This document shows positions 1 through 12,585 of a DNA stretch of 64,000 nt, in pieces. The translations under genes were made by a program, and so were the position numbers. The DNA lies in NCBI RefSeq assembly GCF_963921235.1, contig NC_086097.1:220784001-220848000 (forward strand), written 5' to 3'. How positions within the stretch are numbered: position 1 is the stretch's first letter; the number at the start of each line of letters is the position of its first letter. The notes beneath the pieces are model-generated. The model was not told the DNA's origin. It made no database searches and saw only the letters and a program-made list of their open reading frames with translations. Source of the DNA: Mobula hypostoma. Its lineage: Eukaryota.

Positions 1-317
1 TTTATATAGTATACATACTTTGATAATAAATGTACTTTGAACTTTGTATTTGAGAAATGCTTGTACTTTGTGCTTTGGAAATGGAGCAAAAATGCAAAAT
101 ACGGAACCAGCAGACACACACGGCACATTTAATTATGAAAGCAGAAAAACATACAGTTACAAAAATATTTTAAAATTATTTAATAATATAGCCCCAGTCT
201 CTGAGTGTCCTGCTGTATAGATTGATGATGCATGGATGTTCTCCTGAAACCAGTTTCTGCAAGAGCTGCCCCCAGCAGTTCCTCATATCACGCAGTATAA
301 TCACAAAGAAAGCAATC

Positions 318-1140
318 CAGCTCACCACCATTCAGGGCCCCAGACAGTCCTTCCAGGTGACCCGACACTTCACCTGTGAGTCGGCTGGGGTGATATACTG
401 TGTCCGGTGGTCCTGGCGTGGCCTTCTATATATTGGTGAGACCCGACACAGGCTGGGAGAACGTTTCTCTGAAACCTACGCTCTGTCTGCCAGAGAAAGC
501 AGGATCTCCCACCGTCCACACATTTTAATTCCATGTCCTATTCCCATTCTGATATGTCAATCCATGGCCTCCTCTACTGTCAAGATGAAGCAACACTCAG
601 GTTGGAGGAACAACACCTTATATTCCATCTGGGTAGCCTCCAACCTGAAGGCATGAACATTGATTTCTCTAACTTCCGTTAATGCCCCTCCTCCCCTTCT
701 TACCCATCCCTTATTTATTTATTATCCTCCCCCCCAGTTTTTCCTCTCTCTCTCTCTTTTTTCTCTCCCTGTCCCACTCACAATCACTCCTTGACTGCTC
801 TCCATCTTCCTCTGGGCTCCCCTCCCCCTTTCTTTCTCCCTAGGCCTCCCATTCCATGATCCTCCCCTTCTCCAGCTTTGTATCCCTTTTGCCAATCAAC
901 ATCCCAGCTCTTGGCTCCATCCCTCCCCCTCCTGTCTTCTCCTATCATTTTGGATCTCCCCCTCCCCCTCCAACTTTCAAATCTCTTACTATCCCTTCTT
1001 TCAGTTAGTCCTGACGAAGGGTCTCGGCCAGAAACGTCGACTGTACCTCTTCCTATGGATGCTGCCTGGCCTGCTGCATTCCACCAGCAGTTTGTGTGTG
1101 TTGCCCGAATTTCCAGCACCTGCAGATTTCCTCATGGTTG
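318..1140 (+). mobile_element. Penelope-like element 3' fragment (GIY-YIG remnant + terminal repeat with hammerhead)
   Basis: VIYCVR...LYIGETR motif; closely similar to the reverse complement of ~54727-55530. Confidence 0.88.
1007..1042 (+). ncRNA. Minimal type I hammerhead ribozyme (Penelope terminus)
   Basis: AGUC-CUGACGA-AGG gucucgg CCA-GAAAC-GUC/GACU; helix I AGUC:GACU; A:A mismatch at the base of helix II. Confidence 0.75.
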
Positions 1141-1577
1141 CAGCTTGCCTTCCACTGAGCAAACACTGGAGGTCAACACCGATGGAGGGGCCGGCCCCCA
1201 ACCCAGTGCAGAATCCAGCACCCAGCATCTCCTCTTGCAGCACCTGAAACAGGCCACGCAGCAACCCTAACCAGAGCCAAAAATAGAGAGGAGACAAACA
1301 TATTTTAAGTTGCAGAGAGCCAGATAGTTGGACAAGGCAAAGGGAATGTCAGTGACAGGATGGACACTAAGGTTGTCCAGGAAAGATTTAGGTTCATTTA
1401 TTTATCACATGGGTATTGAAACATACAGTGATATATGTTGTTTGCATTAACAGAAGTAAAGGGGTTATATCTCAATACATGGAGTATAAGAAAGAAGGTG
1501 GATGATCTTTTTGCACTTTTACAAATTGTCAGGTATGATGCTGTGCCCATCACTGAATCGTGGCTGAAGGATGGTTG

Positions 1578-1954
1578 ACATATAAAATCCTAAAGGGATT
1601 GGACAGGCTAGATGCAGGAAGATTGTTCCCGATGTTGGGGAAGTCCAGAATGAGGGGTCACAGTTTAAGGATAAAGGGGAAGCCTTTTAGGACTGAGATG
1701 AGGAAAAACTTCTTCACACAGGGAGTGGTGAATCTGTGGAATTGTCTGCCACAGGAAACAGTTGAGGCCAGTTCATTGGCTCTATTTAAGAGGAAGTTAG
1801 ATATGGCCCTTGTGACTAAAGGGATCAGCAGGTATGGAGAGAAAGCAGGTACAGGGTTCTGAGTTGGATGATCAGCCTTGATCATACTGAATGGCGGTGC
1901 AGGCTCGAAGGGCTGAATGGCCTACTCTTGCACCTATTTTCTATGTTTCTATGT
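1578..1954 (+). mobile_element. CR1 3'-terminal fragment
   Basis: TYKILKGLDRLDAGRLFP...; (tttctatg)n tail; closely similar to 5503-5877. Confidence 0.9.
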
Positions 1955-2061
1955 AGCTGAATGTCCAAAGTTACACATTGTATCGGAGGAATAGGAAGGT
2001 AGGCAGAGGGGGTGGCGTGGCTCTGCTGGTAAAGAATAGCATTAAATCATTAGAAAGATGT

Positions 2062-3024
2062 AATATTGATAAACATTCTCTTTTCTTCTACTTTCGAGTA
2101 AGATCAGTGTGTAAAGCCTACAGCGTTCCCTGGGGATCAGAGTTAAAGGACCATCCCATTTTAAGTTGGATACAGAGTGCTCCAGGACAGATAGTGTCAT
2201 ATATCTATGATAAATTAAACTTCCAGAATTATATGCCCACATCGGGAATGAAAGCTTGGGATAGGGACATATCTGAATTGGGACAAGACTTAGACTGGGA
2301 TGCGATTTGGGATAATGCTGCTGGTACTTCGAAAAACCCAAATCATCAGTATGTACACTTGAAATTTTGTCATAGAGCATATTTAACACCGAGAATTAGA
2401 CATCAAGTGGGACTGGTTCCTGACCCATATTGCTCATTTTGCCCCCACGGAGCCGTTGGCTCTTTTATACATGTTGTATGGGAATGTCCAGGGGTTTTTG
2501 GTTTGTGGGGGAAGGTTATCAGTACTCTTACAGAACTAACGGGTGTACAATTACCAATGGACCCCACTGTACATCTTCTAAATGATGACTCCCACCTTTC
2601 CCTTACGGAAAAAACACGCAAAATCTGGCTGGCAGGCCTGACTGCAGCTAAGAAGATTGTAGTCCAGCGTTGGAAACCTCCCCATGATATTTCAAATACT
2701 CACTGGCTTCAGAGCTTTTTGGACATTTCATACCTGGAACTTTCAGCAGCAAGAGTAAATGATGCACGACCAAACACAATCTTAATGTGGACAAATTTGA
2801 TATCTAACTTAAAGGAGCTTCTGTTAAAATAGGAATGCTTTGTCTGTCTATGCACTACTATTCAGTTGATTGGTGGAGGGGAGAGGGGTGGGGCGTGAGA
2901 GGGGTGGAGGGGGGATAGTGATGAAGGTTGGGGGGTGTCTGGGTTAAACAGTCAAAATGTAATTGGCAACTGGTTGTATTGAATGTAATTTGTTGGTGTT
3001 GCAATAAAAAATTAATAATAAAAA
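2062..3024 (+). mobile_element. L1/Tx1-like LINE 3' fragment (ORF2 C-terminal CCHC region)
   Basis: HRAYLTP...CSFC...HVVWECP; AATAAA at 3003 plus A-tail; TSD aaagatgt at 2054-2061 and 3025-3032. Confidence 0.87.
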
Positions 3025-3430
3025 AAAGATGTGACATAGGATCAGAAGATGTTGAATCCTTCTGGGTTGAGTTAAGAAACTGCAAAGGTGAAAGGACCCT
3101 GATGGCAGCTATATACAGGCCTCCCAACTGAAGCAGGGATGTGGACTACAATGGGAAATAGAAAAGGTGAGCTAAAAGGGTAACGTTATAACAGTCATGG
3201 GAGATTTTTAACATGCAGGTAGATTAGAAGAACTAGGTTGGTAAATGGATCTGAAGAGAGTGAATTTGTTGAATACCTATGAGATGGCTTTTTAGACACT
3301 TTTTCATTGAGTGTACTAGGTGATCAGCTATACTGGATTGGGTATTATATAATAAACTGGAGGCAATCAGAGAGCTTAAGGTAAAGGAACCCTTATGAGG
3401 CAGTGATCACAATATGATTGAGTTCAACTT

Positions 3431-5877
3431 GGTGCTGAGGAAGAGGATTTCTTGGAATGTATGCGGGATGGTTTTTTGAACCAACATGTCGAGGAACCAA
3501 CTAGAGAGCAGGCTATTCTGGACTGGGTTTTGAGCAATGAGGATGGGTTAATTAGCGATCTTGTCGTGAGAGGCCCCTTGGGTAAGAGTGACCATAATAT
3601 GGTGGAATTCTTCATTAAGATGGAGAGTGACATAGTTAATTCAGAAACAAAGGTTCTGAACTTAAAGAGGGGTAACTTTGAAGGTATGAGACATGAATTA
3701 GCTAAGATAGACTGGCAAATGACACTTAAAGGATTGACGGTGGATATGCAATGGCAAGCATTTAAAGGTTGCATGGATGAACTACAACAATTGTTCATCT
3801 CAGTTTGACAAAAGAATAAATCAAGGAAGGTAGTGCACCTGTGGCTGACAAGGGAAATTAGGGATAGTATCAATTCCAAAGAAGTAGCATACAAATTAGC
3901 CAGAGAACGTGGCTCACCTGAGGACTGGGAGAAATTCAGAGTTCAGCAGAGGAGGACAAAGGGCTTAATTATGAAGGGGAAAAAAGATTATGAGAGAAAA
4001 CTGGCAGAGAACATAAAAACTGACTGTAAAAGCTTTTATAGATATGTAAAAAGGAAAAGACTGATAAAGACAAATGTAGGTCCCCTGCAGACAGAAACAG
4101 GTGAATTGATTATGGGGAGCAAGGACATGGCAGACCAATTGAATAATTACTTTGGTTCTGTCTTCACTAAGGAGGACATAAATAATCTTCCAGAAATAGT
4201 AAGGGACAGAGGGTCCAGTGAGATGGAGGAACTGAGTGAAATACATGTTAGTAGGGAAGTGGTGTTAGGTAAATTGAAGGGATTGAAGGCAGATAAATCC
4301 CCAGGGCCAGATGGTCTGCATCCCAGAGTGCTTAAGGAAGTAGCCCAAGAAATAGTGGATGCATTAGTGATAATTTTTCAAAACTCGTTAGATTCTGGAC
4401 TAGTTCCTGAGGATTGGAGGGTGGCTAATGTAACCCCACTTTTTAAAAAAGGAGGGAGAGAGAAACCGGGGAATTATAGGCCGGTTAGCCTAACGTCGGT
4501 GGTGGGGAAACTGCTGGAGTCAGTTATCAAGGATGTGATAACAGCACATTTGGAAAGCGGTGAAATGATCGGACAAAGTCAGCATGGATTTGTGAAAGGA
4601 AAATCATGTCTGACGAATCTCATAGAATTTTTTGAGGATGTAACTAGTAGAGTGGATAGGGGAGAACCAGTGGATGTGGTATATTTGGATTTTCAAAAGG
4701 CTTTTGACAAGGTCCCACACAGGAGATTAGTGTGCAAACTTAAAGCACACGGTATTGGGGGTAAGGTATTGGTGTGGGTGGAGAATTGGTTAGCAGACAG
4801 GAAGCAAAGAGTGGGAATAAACGGGACCTTTTCAGAATGGCAGGCGGTGACTAGTGGGGTACCGCAAGGCTCAGTGCTGGGACCCCAGTTGTTTACAATA
4901 TATATTAATGACTTGGATGAGGGAATTAAATGCAGCATCTCCAAGTTTGCGGATGACACGAAGCTGGGTGGCAGTGTTAGCAGTGAGGAGGATGCTAAGA
5001 GGATGCAGGGTGACTTGGATAGGTTGGGTGAGTGGGCAAACTCATGGCAGATGCAATTTAATGTGGATAAATGTGAAGTTATCCACTTTGGTGGCAAAAA
5101 TAGGAAAACAGATTATTATCTGAATGGTGGCCGATTAGGAAAAGGGGAGGTGCAACGAGACCTGGGTGTCATTATACACCAGTCATTGAAAGTGGGCATG
5201 CAGGTACAGCAGGCGGTGAAAAAGGCGAACGGTATGCTGGCATTTATAGCGAGAGGATTCGACTACAGGAGCAGGGAGGTACTACTGCAGTTGTACAAGG
5301 CCTTGGTGAGACCACACCTGGAGTATTGTGTGCAGTTTTGGTCCCCTAATCTGAGGAAAGACATCTTTGCCATAGAGGGAGTACAAAGAAGGTTCACCAG
5401 ATTGATTCCTGGGATGGCAGGTCTTTCATATGAAGAAAGACTGGATGAACTGGGCTTGTACTCGTTGGAATTTAGAAGATTGAGGGGGGATCTGATTGAA
5501 ACGTATAAGATCCTAAAGGGATTGGACAGGCTAGATGCGGGAAGATTGTTCCCGATGTTGGGGAGGTCCAGAACGAGGGGTCACAGTTTGAGGATAGAGG
5601 GGAAGCCTTTTAGGACCGAGATTAGGAAAAACTTCTTCACACAGAGAGTGGTGAATCTGTGGGATTCTCTGCCACAGCAAACTGTTGAGGCCAGTTCATT
5701 GGCTATGTTTAAGAGGGAGTTAGATATGGCCCTTGTGGCTACAGGGGTCAGGGGGTATGGAGGGAAAGCTGGGTTCTGAGTTGGATGATCAGCCATGATC
5801 ATAATAAATGGCGGTGCAGGCTCGAAGGGCCGAATGGCCTACTCCTGCACCTATTTTCTATGTTTCTATGTTTCTAT
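3431..5877 (+). mobile_element. Young 5'-truncated CR1 LINE (ORF2 EN-end + RT), one in-frame stop
   Basis: ORFs 3452-3808 and 3833-5779 share a frame; [34 protein letters not shown]; (tttctatg)n tail. Confidence 0.95.
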
Positions 5878-6510
5878 ACAGTGTCATCTGCATATCTGAA
5901 ATTATTGATGTTTTCACCACCAAATTTGATTCCCAAGATGTCTCTTATTTTTTGTAATATTGTTTCACTGTACACATTAAATAAATCAGGGGAGAAAACA
6001 TACCCTTGTCTAACGCCGCTCTTGATTTTCGTAAACTGACTCACTTCTCCATCTATTCTTACAGCGGCAGTTTGTTCCCAGTACAGATTTCTGATTAGGC
6101 GGAGGTCTTTTGAATCTAGATCTAGAGTTTTCTGTAATATTTCAAATAATTTATTGTGCTTCACTTTATCAAATGCTTTTATGTAGTCGATAAAACAAAC
6201 GAACAAATCTTTTTGCACTTAAATAGCTCGTTCTGATAGTATCCGTAACATCAATATTGCGTTTCTTGTACCTTTGTCTTTCACAAAACCACATTGTTCT
6301 TTACCTATTTCAGCTTGTATTTTACTTTTAGCTCTTGTCATCAAAAATCTTAGAAGTATCTTGGTGATATGACTCATTAAACTTATGGTCCTATTGTAAT
6401 TCACATTCTATTGCTCCAGGTTTCTTTGGAAGAGTGATAAATACTGATTTGTTCATCTCTTCTGGTACTATTCCAGTCTCATAAATGTCATTGATTAAAT
6501 CAGTAAGTTT
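5878..6510 (-). mobile_element. RTE-clade LINE RT fragment
   Basis: RTISLMSH..., EQCGF...GTRNAI, FIDY-x-KAFD, GVRQG, FRYADDTV; ends abruptly at the CR1 tail. Confidence 0.85.
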
Positions 6511-6767
6511 GAAGATATAGGATCCCATTTATTCACCCGTTCCTGTTAAATCATCAAATTATTCTATTAAATTCATTGAACGTGATTTTCCTTCCTTAAA
6601 CTCAGCCTGTTTATAATTCAAGAGATTTACCACCCTTTGAGAGAAGAAATTTCTACATAGTTCAGTTCTAAATGTGGACCCCTTATCTTATGGTTATGCT
6701 ACCTTGTTTGGGACTCTCCTGTTAGCTTAAACACCCCAACACTTACCCTGTCAAGCTCACTTAGGGG

Positions 6768-7429
6768 TTTGTATATTTGAATAAGTTCACTTTGGGTTTT
6801 GTATATTAGAAAAAGGTCACACCCTGTTTTGTATATTTGAATAAGTTCAGGCCTTGTTTTGTATATTTGAATAAGGTCACACTCTGTTTTTTATATTGAA
6901 TAAGGCCACAGTCTGTTTTGTATATCTGAATAAGGTCACACCCCGTTTTGTATATTTGAATAAGGCCACACTCTGTATTGTATATTTGAATAAGGCCACT
7001 GTTTTGTATATTTGAATAAGGCCACGCACTGTTTTGCATATTTGAACAAGGTCACACACTGTTTTGCATATTATAATAAGGTCACACTCTGTTTTGTATA
7101 TTTAAATGTCACTCTGTTTTGTATATTTGAATAAAGTCACACTCTTGTATATTTGAATAAGGTCACACCCTATTTTGTATATTTGAATGTCACACCCAGT
7201 TTTGTATATTTGAATAAGGTCACACCCCGTTATGTATATTTGAATAAGGTCACTGTTTTGTATATTTGATTAAGGCCATGTGCTGTTTTGCATATTTGAA
7301 CAAGGTCACACTCTGTTTTGCATATTAGAATAAGGTCACACCCTGATTTGTATATTTGAATAAGGTCACACTCTATTTTGTATATTTGAATAAGGTCACA
7401 CCCAGTTTTATATATCTGAATAAGGCCAC
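6768..7429. repeat. Minisatellite, ~28-30 bp unit (ttttgtatatttgaataaggtcacactctg), about 22 copies
   Basis: tandem units directly visible; minus strand translates as repeated DLIQIYKT. Confidence 0.95.
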
Positions 7430-8097
7430 CCCCTCCTCACCATTCTTCTAAACGCCAAACTATTTTGTCCATCTTCCTTTCATCCCAAGAATTAGTCTGG
7501 ATAATCTGCCTTGGACTGATCCATTGTAACTATATTATAGGTAAGTGCACCAAAAAGTTTACACAATGTTCCAGTAACTACATACAATTGAACTAAACTT
7601 CCCAAATTTTAAATTCAATTCCCCTTTGCAATGAAGGCCAAAATGCTGTTTGCCTTCTTAACTACTTGTTGGACCTGCCTACTTGGCATTTGTGATCATG
7701 CACCAGAACACCTAGTGCCCTCTGAATTTCACTCGCATGCTGGTTCTCTCCATCTAGATAATAATCTGTCTTTTGATTATTCTTACTCAAGTGTATAACC
7801 TCACACTTTCCCAACTCCCTACACTCAGTTGCCAGGTTTTTGACGACTCATTCAATCTATCTTTATTCTATCACAGAATCAAAATATTTTTCTTATCACA
7901 ACAGGTCTTTCCATCTATTTTCATGGCATTGGCAAATTTGGAAACCTTACAGACTGATCCTTCCTCAGCGTCATGAATATAAATGGTAAAAAATTGCGGG
8001 CCAATAATGCACCACTATTTAATAGTTACCTCTTTCTGATCTGAAAGGTGCCCATTTATTTCAATTCTTTCTACAAGACAGCCAGATATCAATCCAT

Positions 8098-10305
8098 TAG
8101 ACCATAAGACCATAACACACAGGGGCAGAATTAGGCCATTCAGCCCACCGAGTCTGCTCCGCCATTCCATCATGGCTGCTCCGGATCCCACTCAACTCCA
8201 TACACCTGCCTTCTCACCATATCCTTTGATGCCCTGACTAATCAGGAAATGATCAACTTCTGACTTAAATATACACATGGACTTGGCCTCCACCACAATC
8301 TGTGGCAGAGCATTCCACAGATTCGCTATTCTCTGGCTAAGATTTTCCTCCTTAGCTCTGTTCTAAAAGGTTGCCCCTCAATTTTGAGGCAGTGCCCTCC
8401 AGATCTGGATACACCCACTAGAGGAAACATCTTCTCCACATCCATCCTACCTAGTACTTTCAACATTCAGTAAATTTCAATGAGAACCCACCCCACCCCC
8501 CCATCCTTATAAATTTCAGTGAGTACAGGCCCAAAGCTGCCAAACGCTCCACATATGTTAATCCCTTCAATCCCAGAATCATCCTCGTGAACCTCCAATG
8601 ACAACACATCCTTTCTGAGATATGGGGCCCAAAACTGTTGACAATGCTCCAAGTGCGGCCTGACTAGCATCTTATAAAGGCTCAGCATTAGCTCCTTGTT
8701 TTTATATCCTATTCCCCTTGAAATAAATGCCAACATTGCATTTACCCTCTTTACCACAGACTCAACCTGCAAATTAACCATCTGGGAGTCTTGCATGAGG
8801 ACTCCTAGTTCCCTCTGCACCTCTGATGTTTGAACCTTCTCCCCATTTAGATAATAGTCCACACTATTGTTCCTTTTACCAAAATGTGTTATCATACATT
8901 TCCCAACATTGTATTCCACCTGCCACTTTTTTGCCCATTCTTCTAATTTGACTGAGTCTTGCTGCAGTCACATTGCTCCCTCAGCACAATCTACCCTTCC
9001 ACCTATGTTTGTATCATCCACAAACTTTTCCACAAAGCCATCAATTCCACTATCTAGATCACTGACAAACTATCTGAAAAGTAGTGGTCCCAAAACTGAC
9101 CCCTGAGGAACACCACTAGTCACTGACAGCTGACCAGAAAATGACCCTTTTATTCCCACTCGCTGCCTTCTGCCTGTCAGTGATTCCTTTATTCGTGCCA
9201 GTATGTTTCTTGTAACGGCATAGGATTTTATCTTGTTAACCAGCCTCCTGTGGCACCTTATCAAATGCCTTCTGAAAATCCAAGTAAATGATATCCACTG
9301 CCTCTCCTTTGTCCACCCTGCTTGTTACTTCCTCGAAGAACTCTAACAGGTTTATCAAACAGGATTTCCCTTTACAGAAACCATGCTGACTTTGACTTAC
9401 TTTATCATTAGTCTCCAAGTACCTTGAAACATCATCCTTAATAATAGACTCTAACACTTTCCCAACTTCTGAGGTAAGGCTAACTGGCCTATTATTTCCT
9501 TTCTTTTGCCTTCCTCCCTTCTTGAAGGGTGGAATGATATTTGTAATCATTCAGTCCTCCAGAAACATGCCAGAATTGTGATTCTTGAAAGTTCATGACC
9601 AATGCATCTGTTACCTCTTCAGCAACCTCTTTCAAAACTCTGGAATGTAGTCCATCTGGTCCATGTGACTTATCCACCTTAAGATCTTTGAGTTTGCCTA
9701 GCACTGTTTCCTTTGAAATAGCAGTGGTACTCACTCCTGCTCCTTGACACTCACAGACCTCTGGCATACTGCTAGTGTCTTCCACAGTGAGGACAGATGC
9801 AAAGTACCCAATAAGTTCATCTGCCATTTCTTTATTTCCCGTTACTACCTCATCAGCAGCATTTTGCAGTGGTCCAATATCAACTCTCACCTCCATTTTA
9901 CGCCTTATATAACTGAAAATTCTTCTAATATCCTGCTTTATATTATTGGCTAGTTTGCCCTCATATTACATCTTTTCCTTTCTTACAGCTTTTTGAGTTG
10001 CCTTTTGTTGGATTTTAAAAGCTTCCCAATCATCCCACTTCCCACTCACTTTTGCTAGCTTATATGCCCTCTCCTTGGCTCTTATGCAGTCCTTAACTTC
10101 CCTTGTCAGCCAAGGTTGCCTACACATGCAATTTAAGAACTTCTTCTGTGGGACATATCTATCCTGCGCCTTGTGAACTATTCCCAGAAACTTCAACCGT
10201 CTCTGCTCTGTCGTCATCCCCACCAGTATCCCCCTCCAATCCACCTGGGCAAGCTCCTCTTTCATGCCTCTGTAATTCCATTTATTCCATTGCAATACTG
10301 TATTG
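8098..10305 (-). mobile_element. 5'-truncated, frameshifted CR1 LINE
   Basis: ORF pieces 9966-10322, 9492-9896, 9236-9550, 9070-9264, 8467-8919; (ttatggtc)n-type tail at ~8100. Confidence 0.9.
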
Positions 10306-10949
10306 ATACACGTGTCTCTCAAAATGCAGTATATAATTCTGTAACACAGTATGCAATATGTACCAGCCTCTTATGTGGTACTTCATCAAATGTATTTTGG
10401 AAGTTTAAATTTATTATATCTATTGATTTTCCTGTAATGACTTTCCTCCCTACGTTTTCAAAGAATCCAAGAATAATTTACTTTTTCTAAAACTATGTTG
10501 ACTAAGTTTAATTATATTCAACTTTCCTAAACGATTAGCTATCTGCTCTTTGATTTTCCAATAAAGGTGCTAAACTAACTGGCCTGCAGTTCCCTGCCTT
10601 CTGCCTTTTTCCTTCATTTTCCATTCCTGGAGTTTAGCAAGCAATGAAAAATTTCATTCAATGAGTCCATGGTCACGGCAGCCACTGGCTTGAAGATCCT
10701 TGCAGGAAGTCCATTGGCTCTTAGCTCCAAGTTTCCCAAAGGAGGCCTCAAGTTCAAGTTTCTCCAATAAAGAAAGGGATAAGGATCCCTTGTAATCCTG
10801 GTTTGTGTACATTGTACCACTGTATTTGAGGCTACTGCTGTACTGATCTTGTATTTTATTATTCCTTCTATTTTTCCTTTCTTCCTGTTGCTCTGGGAGG
10901 ATAAGTGTCCCAGAAGATTTAACTCTCAGCCTTGGCCTCTACATGATCA

Positions 10950-12339
10950 ATTATTGGCCTATGAGTTTGACATCAGTGGTGGGTAAATTGATGGAAAATA
11001 TTCTTAGAGATGGTATATATAATTATCTGGATAGACAGGGTCTGATTAGGAACAGTCAACGTGGATTTGTGCGTGGAAGGTCATGTTTGACAAACCTTAT
11101 TGAATTTTTTGATGAGGTTACTAAGAAAGTTGACGAGGGTAAAGCGGTGGATGTTGTCTATGTGGACTTCAGTAAGGCCTTTGACAAGGTTCCACATGGA
11201 AGGTTAGTTAGGAATGTTCAATTGTTAGGCGTTAATATGGAAGTAGTAAAATGGATTCAGCAGTGGCTAGATGAGAGACGCCAGAGAGTAGTGGTGGATA
11301 ACTGCGTGTCAGATTGGAAGACGGTGTGTAGCGGTGTGCCTCAGGGATCTGTACTGGGTCCAAAGTTGTTTGTCATATATATTAATGATCTGGATGATGG
11401 GGTGGTAAATTGGTAAGTAAGTATGCAGATGATACTAAGATAGGTGGTGTTGTGGATAATGAAGTAGGTTTTCAAAGCTTGCAGAGAGAGTTAGGACACT
11501 TAGAAGAGTGGGCTGAAAGATGGCAGATGGAGTTTAATGCTGAAAAATGTGAGGTGCTACATTTTGGTAGGACTAATCAAAATAGGACATACATGGTAAA
11601 TGGTAGGGCATTGAAGAATGCTGTAGAACAGAGGGATCTAGGAATAATGGTGCATAGTTCCCTGAAGGTGGAATCTCATGTGGATAGGGTGGTGAAGAAA
11701 GCTTTTGGTATACTGGACTTTATTAATCAGAGTATTGAGTATGGGAGTTGGGATGTAATGTTGAAATTGTATAAGGCATTGGTAAGGCCAAATTTGGAGT
11801 ATTGTGCACAGTTCTGGTCACCGAATTATAGGAAAGATGTCAATAAAATTGAGAGAGTACAGAGGAGATTTACTAAAATGTTGCCTGGGTTTCATCTCTT
11901 AAGTTACAGAGGAAGGTTGAACAAGTTATGTCTTTATTCTTTGGAGCGTAAAAGGTTGAGGGGGGACTTGATAGAGGAGTTTAAAATTATGAGGGGATTG
12001 ATAGAGTGAACGTGGATAGGCTTTTTCCATTGAGAGTGGGGAAGATTCAAACAAGAGGACATGAGTTGAGACTTAAAGGGCAAAAGTTTGGGGGTAACAT
12101 GAGGGGGAACTTCTTTACTCAGAGAGTGGTAGCTGTGTGGAACAAGCTTCCAGTAGAAGTGGTTGAGGCAGGTTCGATGTTGTCATTTAAAGTTAAATTG
12201 GATAGATATATGGACAGGAAAGGAATGGAGGGTTATGGGGCGAGTGCAGGTCGGAAGGGACTAGGTGAGAGTAAGAGTTCGGCACGGACTAGAAGGGCCG
12301 AGATGGCCTGTTTCCATGCTGTAATTGTTATATGGTTAT
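10950..12339 (+). mobile_element. CR1 3' half (distinct subfamily, gttatatg tail)
   Basis: RT motifs [21 protein letters not shown]; possible TSD atgatca at 10943-10949 and 12340-12346. Confidence 0.9.
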
Positions 12340-12585
12340 ATGATCACATCGCTGCATGGCTATCAAGGTTTGTCCATCGATTTCTACTTATGCCATCAAT
12401 TCTTCTGCCTTCTTATAACTAATTTATTTTCTGTCTTTTTAAAATCTACTGAAGATGTAACGTAAAGATTTTTACTCTTCATGTATGTGAAGGATGTAAG
12501 AAATAAAATAAAATCAATTCAATTCAATTCTTTATGTTTGATTTTTCCTTCCCTATTGATGCTGCCTTACTTGCTGAACATTTCC

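Larger units (their letters stand above)
1480..3430 (+). mobile_element. Older CR1 LINE, AP-endonuclease region, interrupted by two insertions
   Basis: segments ITESWLKDG / YTLYRRNRKVGRGGGVALLVK / VESFWVELRNCKG...IYRPPN / SDHNMIEF rejoin when 1578-1954 and 2062-3024 are removed. Confidence 0.82.
6520..10800 (-). mobile_element. Ancient degraded CR1 hosting a minisatellite and a younger CR1
   Basis: degenerate RT/C-terminal motifs at 6520-6780, 7430-8097 and 10330-10800 (FDEVPHKRLV ... WIDIWL). Confidence 0.65.

Noticed and set aside
1978..2832. 284-aa ORF as a novel host gene
   Set aside because: Chance in-frame fusion of CR1 and L1 fragments; starts at TTG; no promoter or splice support
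6768..7429. CRISPR-like array
   Set aside because: Head-to-tail tandem units with no unique spacers, no cas genes, and a vertebrate context
3430..10305. Inversion splitting one CR1: the (+) piece ends at SDHNMIEF (3430) and the (-) piece begins just downstream in ORF2 (10305)
   Set aside because: The 8098-10305 copy is cleanly nested in an older minus-strand CR1 whose RT reads through on both sides, so an independent 5'-truncated insertion explains it
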